Of a DNA stretch of 64,000 nt, positions 32,051-47,000 are shown in pieces. A model generated the notes under the pieces. That model worked only from the letters and a program-made list of their open reading frames with translations, ran no database searches and had not been told where the DNA came from. The DNA comes from Auanema rhodensis (taxonomy: Eukaryota; Animalia; Nematoda). The position numbers and the translations under genes are program-made. Each line of letters starts with the position of its first letter. The stretch's first letter is position 1. The DNA lies in contig OZ059895.1 of NCBI GenBank assembly GCA_964057225.1, forward strand, positions 12,152,001 through 12,216,000, given 5' to 3'.

Positions 32051-35000
32051 TTTCAATTTTTTTTAACGATCATACCACGTTGAAAGTACGCCATGCAGCT
32101 GATTTTCAATTTTTTCTCTTCCGTAACAAATGTTTTCAATTTTCCAGCAGTTTTACTTAGATAGCTCAACCCAAGGCATCAAAAAATCTTCAATCTTATT
32201 TCTATATTACAGTTACAAACCAGTAGTTTATGAACCTTAATCTTAACTTTACTGTTTCTATCTATTTCCTATTAAAACAAACGTTGTTTAAACACTATAG
32301 AACTGTGAAACCTTTTTAATTTATTGTATTTGGAGCTCATAAGATTCAATATCATCGAGGGATTTAGATGTAACGTAGAAAATTACATAACTAACATGAA
32401 ATTGGAAAAAAAACAATAACGAGGATAAGTATGTAAATCATTGAATATCAGATATTTCCGCTTACGACCATACCACGTTGAAAGAACGCCATGCAGCTGA
32501 TTTTCAATTTTATCTCTTCCGTAACAAATGTTTTTAATTTTCCAGCAGTTTTACTTAGATAGCTCAACCCAAGGCATCAAAATATCTTCAATCTTATTTC
32601 TATATTACAGTTATAAACCAGTAGTTTATGAACCTTAATCTTAACTTTACTGTTTCTATCTATTTCCTATTGAAACAAACAATGTTTTAACACTATACAA
32701 CTGTGAAACCTTTTTAATTTATTGTATTTGGAGCTCATAAGATTCAATATCATCGAGGGATTTAGATGTAACGTAGAAAATTACATAACTAACATGAAAT
32801 TGGAAAAAAAACAATAACGAGGATAAGTATGTAAATCATTGAATATCAGATATTTCCGCTTACGACCATACCACGTTGAAAATACGCCATGCAGCTGATT
32901 TTCAATTTTATCTCTTCCGTAACAAATGTTTTCAATTTTCCAGCAGTTTTACTTAGATAGCTCAACCCAACGCATCAAAATATCTTCAATCTTATTTCTT
33001 TATTACAGTTAAAAACCAGTAGTTTATGAACCTTCATCTTAACTTCACTGTTTCTATCTATTTCCTATTAAAACAAACGTTGTTTAAACACTATAGAACT
33101 GTGAAACCTTTTTTAATTTATTGTATTTGGAGCTCATAAGATTTGATATCATCGAGGAATTTAGATGTAACGTAGAAAATTACATAACTAACATGAAATT
33201 GGGAAAAAAACAATAACGAGGATAAGTATGTAAATCATTGAATATCAGATATTTCCGCTTACGACCATACCACGTTGAAAGTACGCCATGCAGCTGATTT
33301 TCAATTTTATCTCTTCCGTAACAAATGTTTTTAATTTTCCAGCAGTTTTACTTAGATAGCTAAACCGAAGGCATCAAAATATCTTCAATCCTATTTCTAT
33401 ATTACATTTATAAACCAGTAGTTCATGAACCTTCATCTTAACTTTACTGTTTCTATCTATTTCCTATTGAAACAAACAATGTTTTAACACTATACAACTG
33501 TGAAACCTTTTTTAATTTATTGTATTTGGAGCTCATAAGATTTGATATCATCGAGGGATTTAGATGTAACGTAGAAAATTACATAACTAACATGAAATTG
33601 GAAAAAAAACAATAACGAGGATAAGTATGTAAATTATTGAATATCAGATATTTCCGCTTACGACCATACCACGTTGAAAGTACGCCATGCAGCTGATTTT
33701 CAATTTTATCTCTTCCGTAACAAATGTTTTTAATTTTCCAGCAGTTTTACTTAGATAGCTCAACCCAAGGCATCAAAATATCTTCAATCTTATTTCTATA
33801 TTACAGTTATAAACCAGTAGTTTATGAACCTTAATCTTAACTTTACTGTTTCTATCTATTTCCTATTGAAACAAACAATGTTTTAACGCTATACAACTGT
33901 GAAACCTTTTTTAATTTATTGTATTTGGAGCTCATAAGATTCAATATCATCGAGGGATTTAGATGTAACGTAGAAAATTACATAACTAACATGAAATTGG
34001 AAAAAAAACAATAACGAGGATAAGTATGTAAATCATTGAATATCAGATATTTCCGCTTACGACCATACCACGTTGAAAGTACGCCATGCAGCTGATTTTC
34101 AATTTTATCTCTTCCGTAACAAATGTTTTCAATTTTCCAGCAGTTTTACTTAGATAGCTCAACCCAACGCATCAAAATATCTTCAATCTTATTTCTTTAT
34201 TACAGTTAAAAACCAGTAGTTTATGAACCTTCATCTTAACTTCACTGTTTCTATCTATTTCCTATTAAAACAAACGTTGTTTAAACACTATAGAACTGTG
34301 AAACCTTTTTTAATTTATTGTATTTGGAGCTCATAAGATTTGATATCATCGAGGGATTTAGATGTAACGTAGAAAATTACATAACTAACATGAAATTGGA
34401 AAAAAAAAAATAACGAGGATAAGTATGTAAATCATTGAATATCAGATATTTCCGCTTACGACCATACCACGTTGAAAGTACGCCATGCAGCTGATTTTCA
34501 ATTTTATCTCTTCCGTAACAAATGTTTTTAATTTTCCAGCAGTTTTACTTAGATAGCTAAACCGAAGGCATCAAAATATCTTCAATCCTATTTCTATATT
34601 ACATTTATAAACCAGTAGTTCATGAACCTTCATCTTAACTTTACTGTTTCTATCTATTTCCTATTGAAACAAACAATGTTTTAACACTATACAACTGTGA
34701 AACCTTTTTTAATTTATTGTATTTGGAGCTCATAAGATTTGATATCATCGAGGGATTTAGATGTAACGTAGAAAATTACATAACTAACATGAAATTGGAA
34801 AAAAAACAATAACGAGGATAAGTATGTAAATCATTGAATATCAGATATTTCCGCTTACGACCATACCACGTTGAAAGTACGCCATGCAGCTGATTTTCAA
34901 TTTTATCTCTTCCGTAACAAATGTTTTTAATTTTCCAGCAGTTTTACTTAGATAGCTCAACCCAAGGCATCAAAAAATCTTCAATCTTATTTCTATATTA

Positions 35001-38000
35001 CAGTTATAAACCAGTAGTTTATGAACCTTAATCTTAACTTTACTGTTTCTATCTATTTCCTATTAAAACAAACGTTGTTTAAACACTATACAACTGTGAA
35101 ACCTTTTTTAATTTATTGTATTTGGAGCTCATAAGATTTGATATCATCGAGGGATTTAGATGTTACGTAGAAAATTACATAACTAACATGAAATTGGAAA
35201 AAAACAATAACGAGGATAAGTATGTAAATCATTGAATATCAGGTATTTTCGCTTACGACCATACCACGTTGAAAGTACGCCATCCCGTCCGATCTGGCAA
35301 GTCAAGCAACGTTGGGCCCTGTTAGTACTTGGATCGGAGACGGTTTGGGAATCCCGGGTGCCGTAAGCTTTTCAAATTTTTTTAACGATCATGCCACGTT
35401 GAAAGTACGCCATGCAGCTGATTTTCAATTTTATCTCTTCCGTAACAAATGTTTTTAATTTTCCAGCAGTTTTACTTAGATAGCTCAACCCAACGCATCA
35501 AAATATCTTCAATCTTATTTCTATATTACATTTATAAACCAGTAGTTCATGAACCTTCATCTTAACTTTACTGTTTCTATCTATTTCCTATTGAAACAAA
35601 CAATGTTTTAACACTATACAACTGTGAAACCTTTTTTAATTTATTGTATTTGGAGCTCATAAGATTTGATATCATCGAGGGATTTAGATGTAACGTAGAA
35701 AATTACATAACTAACATGAAATTGGAAAAAAAAACAATAACGAGGATAAGTATGTAAATCATTGAATATCAGATATTTCCGCTTACGACCATACCACGTT
35801 GAAAGTACGCCATGCAGCTGATTTTCAATTTTATCTCTTCCGTAACAAATGTTTTTAATTTTCCAGCAGTTTTACTTAGATAGCTCAACCCAAGGCATCA
35901 AAAAATCTTCAATCTTATTTCTATATTACAGTTATAAACCAGTAGTTTATGAACCTTAATCTTAACTTTACTGTTTCTATCTATTTCCTATTAAAACAAA
36001 CGTTGTTTAAACACTATACAACTGTGAAACCTTTTTTAATTTATTGTATTTGGAGCTCATAAGATTTGATATCATCGAGGGATTTAGATGTTACGTAGAA
36101 AATTACATAACTAACATGAAATTGGAAAAAAACAATAACGAGGATAAGTATGTAAATCATTGAATATCAGGTATTTTCGCTTACGACCATACCACGTTGA
36201 AAGTACGCCATCCCGTCCGATCTGGCAAGTCAAGCAACGTTGGGCCCTGTTAGTACTTGGATCGGAGACGGCTTGGGAATCCCGGGTGCCGTAAGCTTTT
36301 CAAATTTTTTTAACGATCATGCCACGTTGAAAGAACGCCATGCAGCTGATTTTCAATTTTATCTCTTCCGTAACAAATGTTTTTAATTTTCCAGCAGTTT
36401 TACTTAGATAGCTCAACCCAAGGCATCAAAATATCTTCAATCTTATTTCTATATTACAGTTATAAACCAGTAGTTTATGAACCTTAATCTTAACTTTACT
36501 GTTTCTTTCTATTTCCTATTGAAACAAACAATGTTTTAACACTATACAACTGTGAAACCTTTTTTAATTTATTGTGTTTGGAGCTCATAAGATTCAATAT
36601 CATCGAGGGATTTAGATGTAACGTAGAAAATTACATAACTAACATGAAATTGGAAAAAAAACAATAACGAGGATAAGTATGTAAATCATTGAATATCAGA
36701 TATTTCCGCTTACGACCATACCACGTTGAAAGTACGCCATGCAGCTGATTTTCAATTTTATCTCTTCCGTAACAAATGTTTTCAATTTTCCAGCAGTTTT
36801 ACTTAGATAGCTCAACCCAACGCATCAAAATATCTTCAATCTTATTTCTTTATTACAGTTAAAAACCAGTAGTTTATGAACCTTAATCTTAACTTTACTG
36901 TTTCTATCTATTTCCTATTAAAACAAACGTTGTTTAAACACTATAGAACTGTGAAACCTTTTTTAATTTATTGTATTTGGAGCTCATAAGATTTGATATC
37001 ATCGAGGGATTTAGATGTTACGTAGAAAATTACATAACTAACATGAAATTGGAAAAAAAACAATAACGAGGATAAGTATGTAAATCATTGAATATCAGGT
37101 ATTTTCGCTTACGACCATACCACGTTGAAAGTACGCCATCCCGTCCGATCTGGCAAGTCAAGCAACGTTGGACCCTGTTAGTACTTGGATCGGAGACGGC
37201 TTGGGAATCCCGGGTGCCGTAAGCTTTTCAAATTTTTTTAACGATCATGCCACGTTGAAAGAACGCCATGCAGCTGATTTTCAATTTTATCTCTTCCGTA
37301 ACAAATGTTTTTAATTTTCCAGCAGTTTTACTTAGATAGCTCAACCCAAGGCATCAAAATATCTTCAATCTTATTTCTATATTACAGTTATAAACCAGTA
37401 GTTTATGAACCTTAATCTTAACTTTACTGTTTCTATCTATTTCCTATTGAAACAAACAATGTTTTAACACTATACAACTGTGAAACCTTTTTTAATTTAT
37501 TGTATTTGGAGCTCATAAGATTCAATATCATCGAGGGATTTAGATGTAACGTAGAAAATTACATAACTAACATGAAATTGGAAAAAAAACAATAACGAGG
37601 ATAAGTATGTAAATCATTGAATATCAGATATTTCCGCTTACGACCATACCACGTTGAAAATACGCCATGCAGCTGATTTTCAATTTTATCTCTTCCGTAA
37701 CAAATGTTTTCAATTTTCCAGCAGTTTTACTTAGATAGCTCAACCCAACGCATCAAAATATCTTCAATCTTATTTCTTTATTACAGTTAAAAACCAGTAG
37801 TTTATGAACCTTCATCTTAACTTCACTGTTTCTATCTATTTCCTATTAAAACAAACGTTGTTTAAACACTATAGAACTGTGAAACCTTTTTTAATTTATT
37901 GTATTTGGAGCTCATAAGATTTGATATCATCGAGGAATTTAGATGTAACGTAGAAAATTACATAACTAACATGAAATTGGGAAAAAAACAATAACGAGGA

Positions 38001-41000
38001 TAAGTATGTAAATCATTGAATATCAGATATTTCCGCTTACGACCATACCACGTTGAAAGTACGCCATGCAGCTGATTTTCAATTTTATCTCTTCCGTAAC
38101 AAATGTTTTTAATTTTCCAGCAGTTTTACTTAGATAGCTAAACCGAAGGCATCAAAATATCTTCAATCCTATTTCTATATTACATTTATAAACCAGTAGT
38201 TCATGAACCTTCATCTTAACTTTACTGTTTCTATCTATTTCCTATTGAAACAAACAATGTTTTAACACTATACAACTGTGAAACCTTTTTTAATTTATTG
38301 TATTTGGAGCTCATAAGATTTGATATCATCGAGGGATTTAGATGTAACGTAGAAAATTACATAACTAACATGAAATTGGAAAAAAAACAATAACGAGGAT
38401 AAGTATGTAAATCATTGAATATCAGATATTTCCGCTTACGACCATACCACGTTGAAAGTACGCCATGCAGCTGATTTTCAATTTTATCTCTTCCGTAACA
38501 AATGTTTTTAATTTTCCAGCAGTTTTACTTAGATAGCTCAACCCAAGGCATCAAAATATCTTCAATCTTATTTCTATATTACAGTTATAAACCAGTAGTT
38601 TATGAACCTTAATCTTAACTTTACTGTTTCTATCTATTTCCTATTGAAACAAACAATGTTTTAACGCTATACAACTGTGAAACCTTTTTTAATTTATTGT
38701 ATTTGGAGCTCATAAGATTCAATATCATCGAGGGATTTAGATGTAACGTAGAAAATTACATAACTAACATGAAATTGGAAAAAAAACAATAACGAGGATA
38801 AGTATGTAAATCATTGAATATCAGATATTTCCGCTTACGACCATACCACGTTGAAAGTACGCCATGCAGCTGATTTTCAATTTTATCTCTTCCGTAACAA
38901 ATGTTTTCAATTTTCCAGCAGTTTTACTTAGATAGCTCAACCCAACGCATCAAAATATCTTCAATCTTATTTCTTTATTACAGTTAAAAACCAGTAGTTT
39001 ATGAACCTTCATCTTAACTTCACTGTTTCTATCTATTTCCTATTAAAACAAACGTTGTTTAAACACTATAGAACTGTGAAACCTTTTTTAATTTATTGTA
39101 TTTGGAGCTCATAAGATTTGATATCATCGAGGGATTTAGATGTAACGTAGAAAATTACATAACTAACATGAAATTGGAAAAAAAAAATAACGAGGATAAG
39201 TATGTAAATCATTGAATATCAGATATTTCCGCTTACGACCATACCACGTTGAAAGTACGCCATGCAGCTGATTTTCAATTTTATCTCTTCCGTAACAAAT
39301 GTTTTTAATTTTCCAGCAGTTTTACTTAGATAGCTAAACCGAAGGCATCAAAATATCTTCAATCCTATTTCTATATTACATTTATAAACCAGTAGTTCAT
39401 GAACCTTCATCTTAACTTTACTGTTTCTATCTATTTCCTATTGAAACAAACAATGTTTTAACACTATACAACTGTGAAACCTTTTTTAATTTATTGTATT
39501 TGGAGCTCATAAGATTTGATATCATCGAGGGATTTAGATGTAACGTAGAAAATTACATAACTAACATGAAATTGGAAAAAAAACAATAACGAGGATAAGT
39601 ATGTAAATCATTGAATATCAGATATTTCCGCTTACGACCATACCACGTTGAAAGTACGCCATGCAGCTGATTTTCAATTTTATCTCTTCCGTAACAAATG
39701 TTTTTAATTTTCCAGCAGTTTTACTTAGATAGCTCAACCCAAGGCATCAAAAAATCTTCAATCTTATTTCTATATTACAGTTATAAACCAGTAGTTTATG
39801 AACCTTAATCTTAACTTTACTGTTTCTATCTATTTCCTATTAAAACAAACGTTGTTTAAACACTATACAACTGTGAAACCTTTTTTAATTTATTGTATTT
39901 GGAGCTCATAAGATTTGATATCATCGAGGGATTTAGATGTTACGTAGAAAATTACATAACTAACATGAAATTGGAAAAAAACAATAACGAGGATAAGTAT
40001 GTAAATCATTGAATATCAGGTATTTTCGCTTACGACCATACCACGTTGAAAGTACGCCATCCCGTCCGATCTGGCAAGTCAAGCAACGTTGGGCCCTGTT
40101 AGTACTTGGATCGGAGACGGCTTGGGAATCCCGGGTGCCGTAAGCTTTTCAAATTTTTTTAACGATCATGCCACGTTGAAAGAACGCCATGCAGCTGATT
40201 TTCAATTTTATCTCTTCCGTAACAAATGTTTTTAATTTTCCAGCAGTTTTACTTAGATAGCTCAACCCAAGGCATCAAAATATCTTCAATCTTATTTCTA
40301 TATTACAGTTATAAACCAGTAGTTTATGAACCTTAATCTTAACTTTACTGTTTCTTTCTATTTCCTATTGAAACAAACAATGTTTTAACACTATACAACT
40401 GTGAAACCTTTTTTAATTTATTGTGTTTGGAGCTCATAAGATTCAATATCATCGAGGGATTTAGATGTAACGTAGAAAATTACATAACTAACATGAAATT
40501 GGAAAAAAAACAATAACGAGGATAAGTATGTAAATCATTGAATATCAGATATTTCCGCTTACGACCATACCACGTTGAAAGTACGCCATGCAGCTGATTT
40601 TCAATTTTATCTCTTCCGTAACAAATGTTTTCAATTTTCCAGCAGTTTTACTTAGATAGCTCAACCCAACGCATCAAAATATCTTCAATCTTATTTCTTT
40701 ATTACAGTTAAAAACCAGTAGTTTATGAACCTTCATCTTAACTTCACTGTTTCTATCTATTTCCTATTAAAACAAACGTTGTTTAAACACTATAGAACTG
40801 TGAAACCTTTTTTAATTTATTGTATTTGGAGCTCATAAGATTCAATATCATCGAGGGATTTAGATGTAACATAGAAAATTACATAACTAACATGAAATTG
40901 GAAAAAAAAACAATAACGAGGATAAGTATGTAAATCATTGAATATCAGATATTTTCGCTTACGACCATACCACGTTGAAAGTACGCCATCCCGTCCGATC

Positions 41001-44000
41001 TGGCAAGTCAAGCAACGTTTGGGCCCGGTCAGTACTTGGATCGGAGACGGCTTGGGAATCCCGGGTGCCGTAAGCTTTTCAAATTTTTTTAACGATCATG
41101 CCACGTTGAAAGAACGCCATGCAGCTGATTTTCAATTTTATCTCTTCCGTAACAAATGTTTTTAATTTTCCAGCAGTTTTACTTAGATAGCTCAACCCAA
41201 GGCATCAAAATATCTTCAATCTTATTTCTATATTACAGTTATAAACCAGTAGTTTATGAACCTTAATCTTAACTTTACTGTTTCTTTCTATTTCCTATTG
41301 AAACAAACAATGTTTTAACACTATACAACTGTGAAACCTTTTTTAATTTATTGTGTTTGGAGCTCATAAGATTCAATATCATCGAGGGATTTAGATGTAA
41401 CGTAGAAAATTACATAACTAACATGAAATTGGAAAAAAAACAATAACGAGGATAAGTATGTAAATCATTGAATATCAGATATTTCCGCTTACGACCATAC
41501 CACGTTGAAAGTACGCCATGCAGCTGATTTTCAATTTTATCTCTTCCGTAACAAATGTTTTCAATTTTCCAGCAGTTTTACTTAGATAGCTCAACCCAAC
41601 GCATCAAAATATCTTCAATCTTATTTCTTTATTACAGTTAAAAACCAGTAGTTTATGAACCTTAATCTTAACTTTACTGTTTCTATCTATTTCCTATTAA
41701 AACAAACGTTGTTTAAACACTATAGAACTGTGAAACCTTTTTTAATTTATTGTATTTGGAGCTCATAAGATTTGATATCATCGAGGGATTTAGATGTTAC
41801 GTAGAAAATTACATAACTAACATGAAATTGGAAAAAAAACAATAACGAGGATAAGTATGTAAATCATTGAATATCAGGTATTTTCGCTTACGACCATACC
41901 ACGTTGAAAGTACGCCATCCCGTCCGATCTGGCAAGTCAAGCAACGTTGGACCCTGTTAGTACTTGGATCGGAGACGGCTTGGGAATCCCGGGTGCCGTA
42001 AGCTTTTCAAATTTTTTTAACGATCATGCCACGTTGAAAGAACGCCATGCAGCTGATTTTCAATTTTATCTCTTCCGTAACAAATGTTTTTAATTTTCCA
42101 GCAGTTTTACTTAGATAGCTCAACCCAAGGCATCAAAATATCTTCAATCTTATTTCTATATTACAGTTATAAACCAGTAGTTTATGAACCTTAATCTTAA
42201 CTTTACTGTTTCTATCTATTTCCTATTGAAACAAACAATGTTTTAACACTATACAACTGTGAAACCTTTTTTAATTTATTGTATTTGGAGCTCATAAGAT
42301 TCAATATCATCGAGGGATTTAGATGTAACGTAGAAAATTACATAACTAACATGAAATTGGAAAAAAAACAATAACGAGGATAAGTATGTAAATCATTGAA
42401 TATCAGATATTTCCGCTTACGACCATACCACGTTGAAAATACGCCATGCAGCTGATTTTCAATTTTATCTCTTCCGTAACAAATGTTTTCAATTTTCCAG
42501 CAGTTTTACTTAGATAGCTCAACCCAACGCATCAAAATATCTTCAATCTTATTTCTTTATTACAGTTAAAAACCAGTAGTTTATGAACCTTCATCTTAAC
42601 TTCACTGTTTCTATCTATTTCCTATTAAAACAAACGTTGTTTAAACACTATAGAACTGTGAAACCTTTTTTAATTTATTGTATTTGGAGCTCATAAGATT
42701 TGATATCATCGAGGAATTTAGATGTAACGTAGAAAATTACATAACTAACATGAAATTGGGAAAAAAACAATAACGAGGATAAGTATGTAAATCATTGAAT
42801 ATCAGATATTTCCGCTTACGACCATACCACGTTGAAAGTACGCCATGCAGCTGATTTTCAATTTTATCTCTTCCGTAACAAATGTTTTTAATTTTCCAGC
42901 AGTTTTACTTAGATAGCTAAACCGAAGGCATCAAAATATCTTCAATCCTATTTCTATATTACATTTATAAACCAGTAGTTCATGAACCTTCATCTTAACT
43001 TTACTGTTTCTATCTATTTCCTATTGAAACAAACAATGTTTTAACACTATACAACTGTGAAACCTTTTTTAATTTATTGTATTTGGAGCTCATAAGATTT
43101 GATATCATCGAGGGATTTAGATGTAACGTAGAAAATTACATAACTAACATGAAATTGGAAAAAAAACAATAACGAGGATAAGTATGTAAATCATTGAATA
43201 TCAGATATTTCCGCTTACGACCATACCACGTTGAAAGTACGCCATGCAGCTGATTTTCAATTTTATCTCTTCCGTAACAAATGTTTTTAATTTTCCAGCA
43301 GTTTTACTTAGATAGCTCAACCCAAGGCATCAAAATATCTTCAATCTTATTTCTATATTACAGTTATAAACCAGTAGTTTATGAACCTTAATCTTAACTT
43401 TACTGTTTCTATCTATTTCCTATTGAAACAAACAATGTTTTAACGCTATACAACTGTGAAACCTTTTTTAATTTATTGTATTTGGAGCTCATAAGATTCA
43501 ATATCATCGAGGGATTTAGATGTAACGTAGAAAATTACATAACTAACATGAAATTGGAAAAAAAACAATAACGAGGATAAGTATGTAAATCATTGAATAT
43601 CAGATATTTCCGCTTACGACCATACCACGTTGAAAGTACGCCATGCAGCTGATTTTCAATTTTATCTCTTCCGTAACAAATGTTTTTAATTTTCCAGCAG
43701 TTTTACTTAGATAGCTAAACCGAAGGCATCAAAATATCTTCAATCCTATTTCTATATTACATTTATAAACCAGTAGTTCATGAACCTTCATCTTAACTTT
43801 ACTGTTTCTATCTATTTCCTATTGAAACAAACAATGTTTTAACACTATACAACTGTGAAACCTTTTTTAATTTATTGTATTTGGAGCTCATAAGATTTGA
43901 TATCATCGAGGGATTTAGATGTAACGTAGAAAATTACATAACTAACATGAAATTGGAAAAAAAACAATAACGAGGATAAGTATGTAAATCATTGAATATC

Positions 44001-47000
44001 AGATATTTCCGCTTACGACCATACCACGTTGAAAGTACGCCATGCAGCTGATTTTCAATTTTATCTCTTCCGTAACAAATGTTTTTAATTTTCCAGCAGT
44101 TTTACTTAGATAGCTCAACCCAAGGCATCAAAAAATCTTCAATCTTATTTCTATATTACAGTTATAAACCAGTAGTTTATGAACCTTAATCTTAACTTTA
44201 CTGTTTCTATCTATTTCCTATTAAAACAAACGTTGTTTAAACACTATACAACTGTGAAACCTTTTTTAATTTATTGTATTTGGAGCTCATAAGATTTGAT
44301 ATCATCGAGGGATTTAGATGTTACGTAGAAAATTACATAACTAACATGAAATTGGAAAAAAACAATAACGAGGATAAGTATGTAAATCATTGAATATCAG
44401 GTATTTTCGCTTACGACCATACCACGTTGAAAGTACGCCATCCCGTCCGATCTGGCAAGTCAAGCAACGTTGGGCCCTGTTAGTACTTGGATCGGAGACG
44501 GCTTGGGAATCCCGGGTGCCGTAAGCTTTTCAAATTTTTTTAACGATCATGCCACGTTGAAAGAACGCCATGCAGCTGATTTTCAATTTTATCTCTTCCG
44601 TAACAAATGTTTTTAATTTTCCAGCAGTTTTACTTAGATAGCTCAACCCAAGGCATCAAAATATCTTCAATCTTATTTCTATATTACAGTTATAAACCAG
44701 TAGTTTATGAACCTTAATCTTAACTTTACTGTTTCTTTCTATTTCCTATTGAAACAAACAATGTTTTAACACTATACAACTGTGAAACCTTTTTTAATTT
44801 ATTGTGTTTGGAGCTCATAAGATTCAATATCATCGAGGGATTTAGATGTAACGTAGAAAATTACATAACTAACATGAAATTGGAAAAAAAACAATAACGA
44901 GGATAAGTATGTAAATCATTGAATATCAGATATTTCCGCTTACGACCATACCACGTTGAAAGTACGCCATGCAGCTGATTTTCAATTTTATCTCTTCCGT
45001 AACAAATGTTTTCAATTTTCCAGCAGTTTTACTTAGATAGCTCAACCCAACGCATCAAAATATCTTCAATCTTATTTCTTTATTACAGTTAAAAACCAGT
45101 AGTTTATGAACCTTCATCTTAACTTCACTGTTTCTATCTATTTCCTATTAAAACAAACGTTGTTTAAACACTATAGAACTGTGAAACCTTTTTTAATTTA
45201 TTGTATTTGGAGCTCATAAGATTCAATATCATCGAGGGATTTAGATGTAACATAGAAAATTACATAACTAACATGAAATTGGAAAAAAAAACAATAACGA
45301 GGATAAGTATGTAAATCATTGAATATCAGATATTTTCGCTTACGACCATACCACGTTGAAAGTACGCCATCCCGTCCGATCTGGCAAGTCAAGCAACGTT
45401 TGGGCCCGGTCAGTACTTGGATCGGAGACGGCTTGGGAATCCCGGGTGCCGTAAGCTTTTCAATTTTTTTTAACGATCATACCACGTTGAGAGTACGCCA
45501 TGCAGCTGATTTTCAATTTTATCTCTTCCGTAACAAATGTTTTTAATTTTCCAGCAGTTTTACTTAGATAGCTCAACCCAAGGCATCAAAATATCTTCAA
45601 TCTTATTTCTATATTACAGTTATAAACCAGTAGTTTATGAACCTTAATCTTAACTTTACTGTTTCTATCTATTTCCTATTAAAACAAACGTTGTTTAAAC
45701 ACTATACAACTGTGAAACCTTTTTTAATTTATTTTAATTGGAAAAAAAACAATAACGAGGATAAGTATGTAAATCATTGAATATCAGGTATTTTCGCTTA
45801 CGACCATACCACGTTGAAAGTACGCCATGCAGCTGATTTTCAATTTTATCTCTTCCGTAACAAATGTTTTCAATTTTCCAGCAGTTTTACTTAGATAGCT
45901 CAACCCAAGGCATCAAAATATCTTCAATCTTATTTCTTTATTACAGTTAAAAACCAGTAGTTTATGAACCTTCATCTTAACTTCACTGTTTCTATCTATT
46001 TCCTATTAAAACAAACGTTGTTTAAACACTATACAACTGTGAAACCTTTTTCAATTTATTGTATTTGGAGCTCATAAGATTCAATATCATCGAGGGATTT
46101 AGATGTAACGTGGAAAATTACATAACTAACATGAAATTGGAAAAAAACAATAACGAGGATAAGTATGTAAATCATTGAATATCAGATATTTCCGCTTACG
46201 ACCATACCACGTTGAAAGTACGCCATGCAGCTGATTTTCAATTTTATCTCTTCCGTAACAAATGTTTTTAATTTTCCAGCAGTTTTACTTAGATAGCTCA
46301 ACCCAAGGCATCAAAATATCTTCAATCTTATTTCTATATTACAGTTATAAACCAGTAGTTTATGAACCTTAATCTTAACTTTACTGTTTCTATCTATTTC
46401 CTATTGAAACAAACAATGTTTTAACGCTATACAACTGTGAAACCTTTTTTAATTTATTGTATTTGGAGCTCATAAGATTCAATATCATCGAGGGATTTAG
46501 ATGTAACGTAGAAAATTACATAACTAACATGAAATTGGAAAAAAAACAATAACGAGGATAAGTATGTAAATCATTGAATATCAGATATTTCCGCTTACGA
46601 CCATACCACGTTGAAAGTACGCCATGCAGCTGATTTTCAATTTTATCTCTTCCGTAACAAATGTTTTCAATTTTCCAGCAGTTTTACTTAGATAGCTCAA
46701 CCCAACGCATCAAAATATCTTCAATCTTATTTCTTTATTACAGTTAAAAACCAGTAGTTTATGAACCTTCATCTTAACTTCACTGTTTCTATCTATTTCC
46801 TATTAAAACAAACGTTGTTTAAACACTATAGAACTGTGAAACCTTTTTTAATTTATTGTATTTGGAGCTCATAAGATTTGATATCATCGAGGGATTTAGA
46901 TGTAACGTAGAAAATTACATAACTAACATGAAATTGGAAAAAAAAAATAACGAGGATAAGTATGTAAATCATTGAATATCAGGTATTTTCGCTTACGACC

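Noticed and set aside
35314-35325. GGGCCCTGTTAG 5S variant as an excision footprint containing LTR TGT
   Set aside because: Length is unchanged and a single G70T substitution explains it; there is no TSD remnant.
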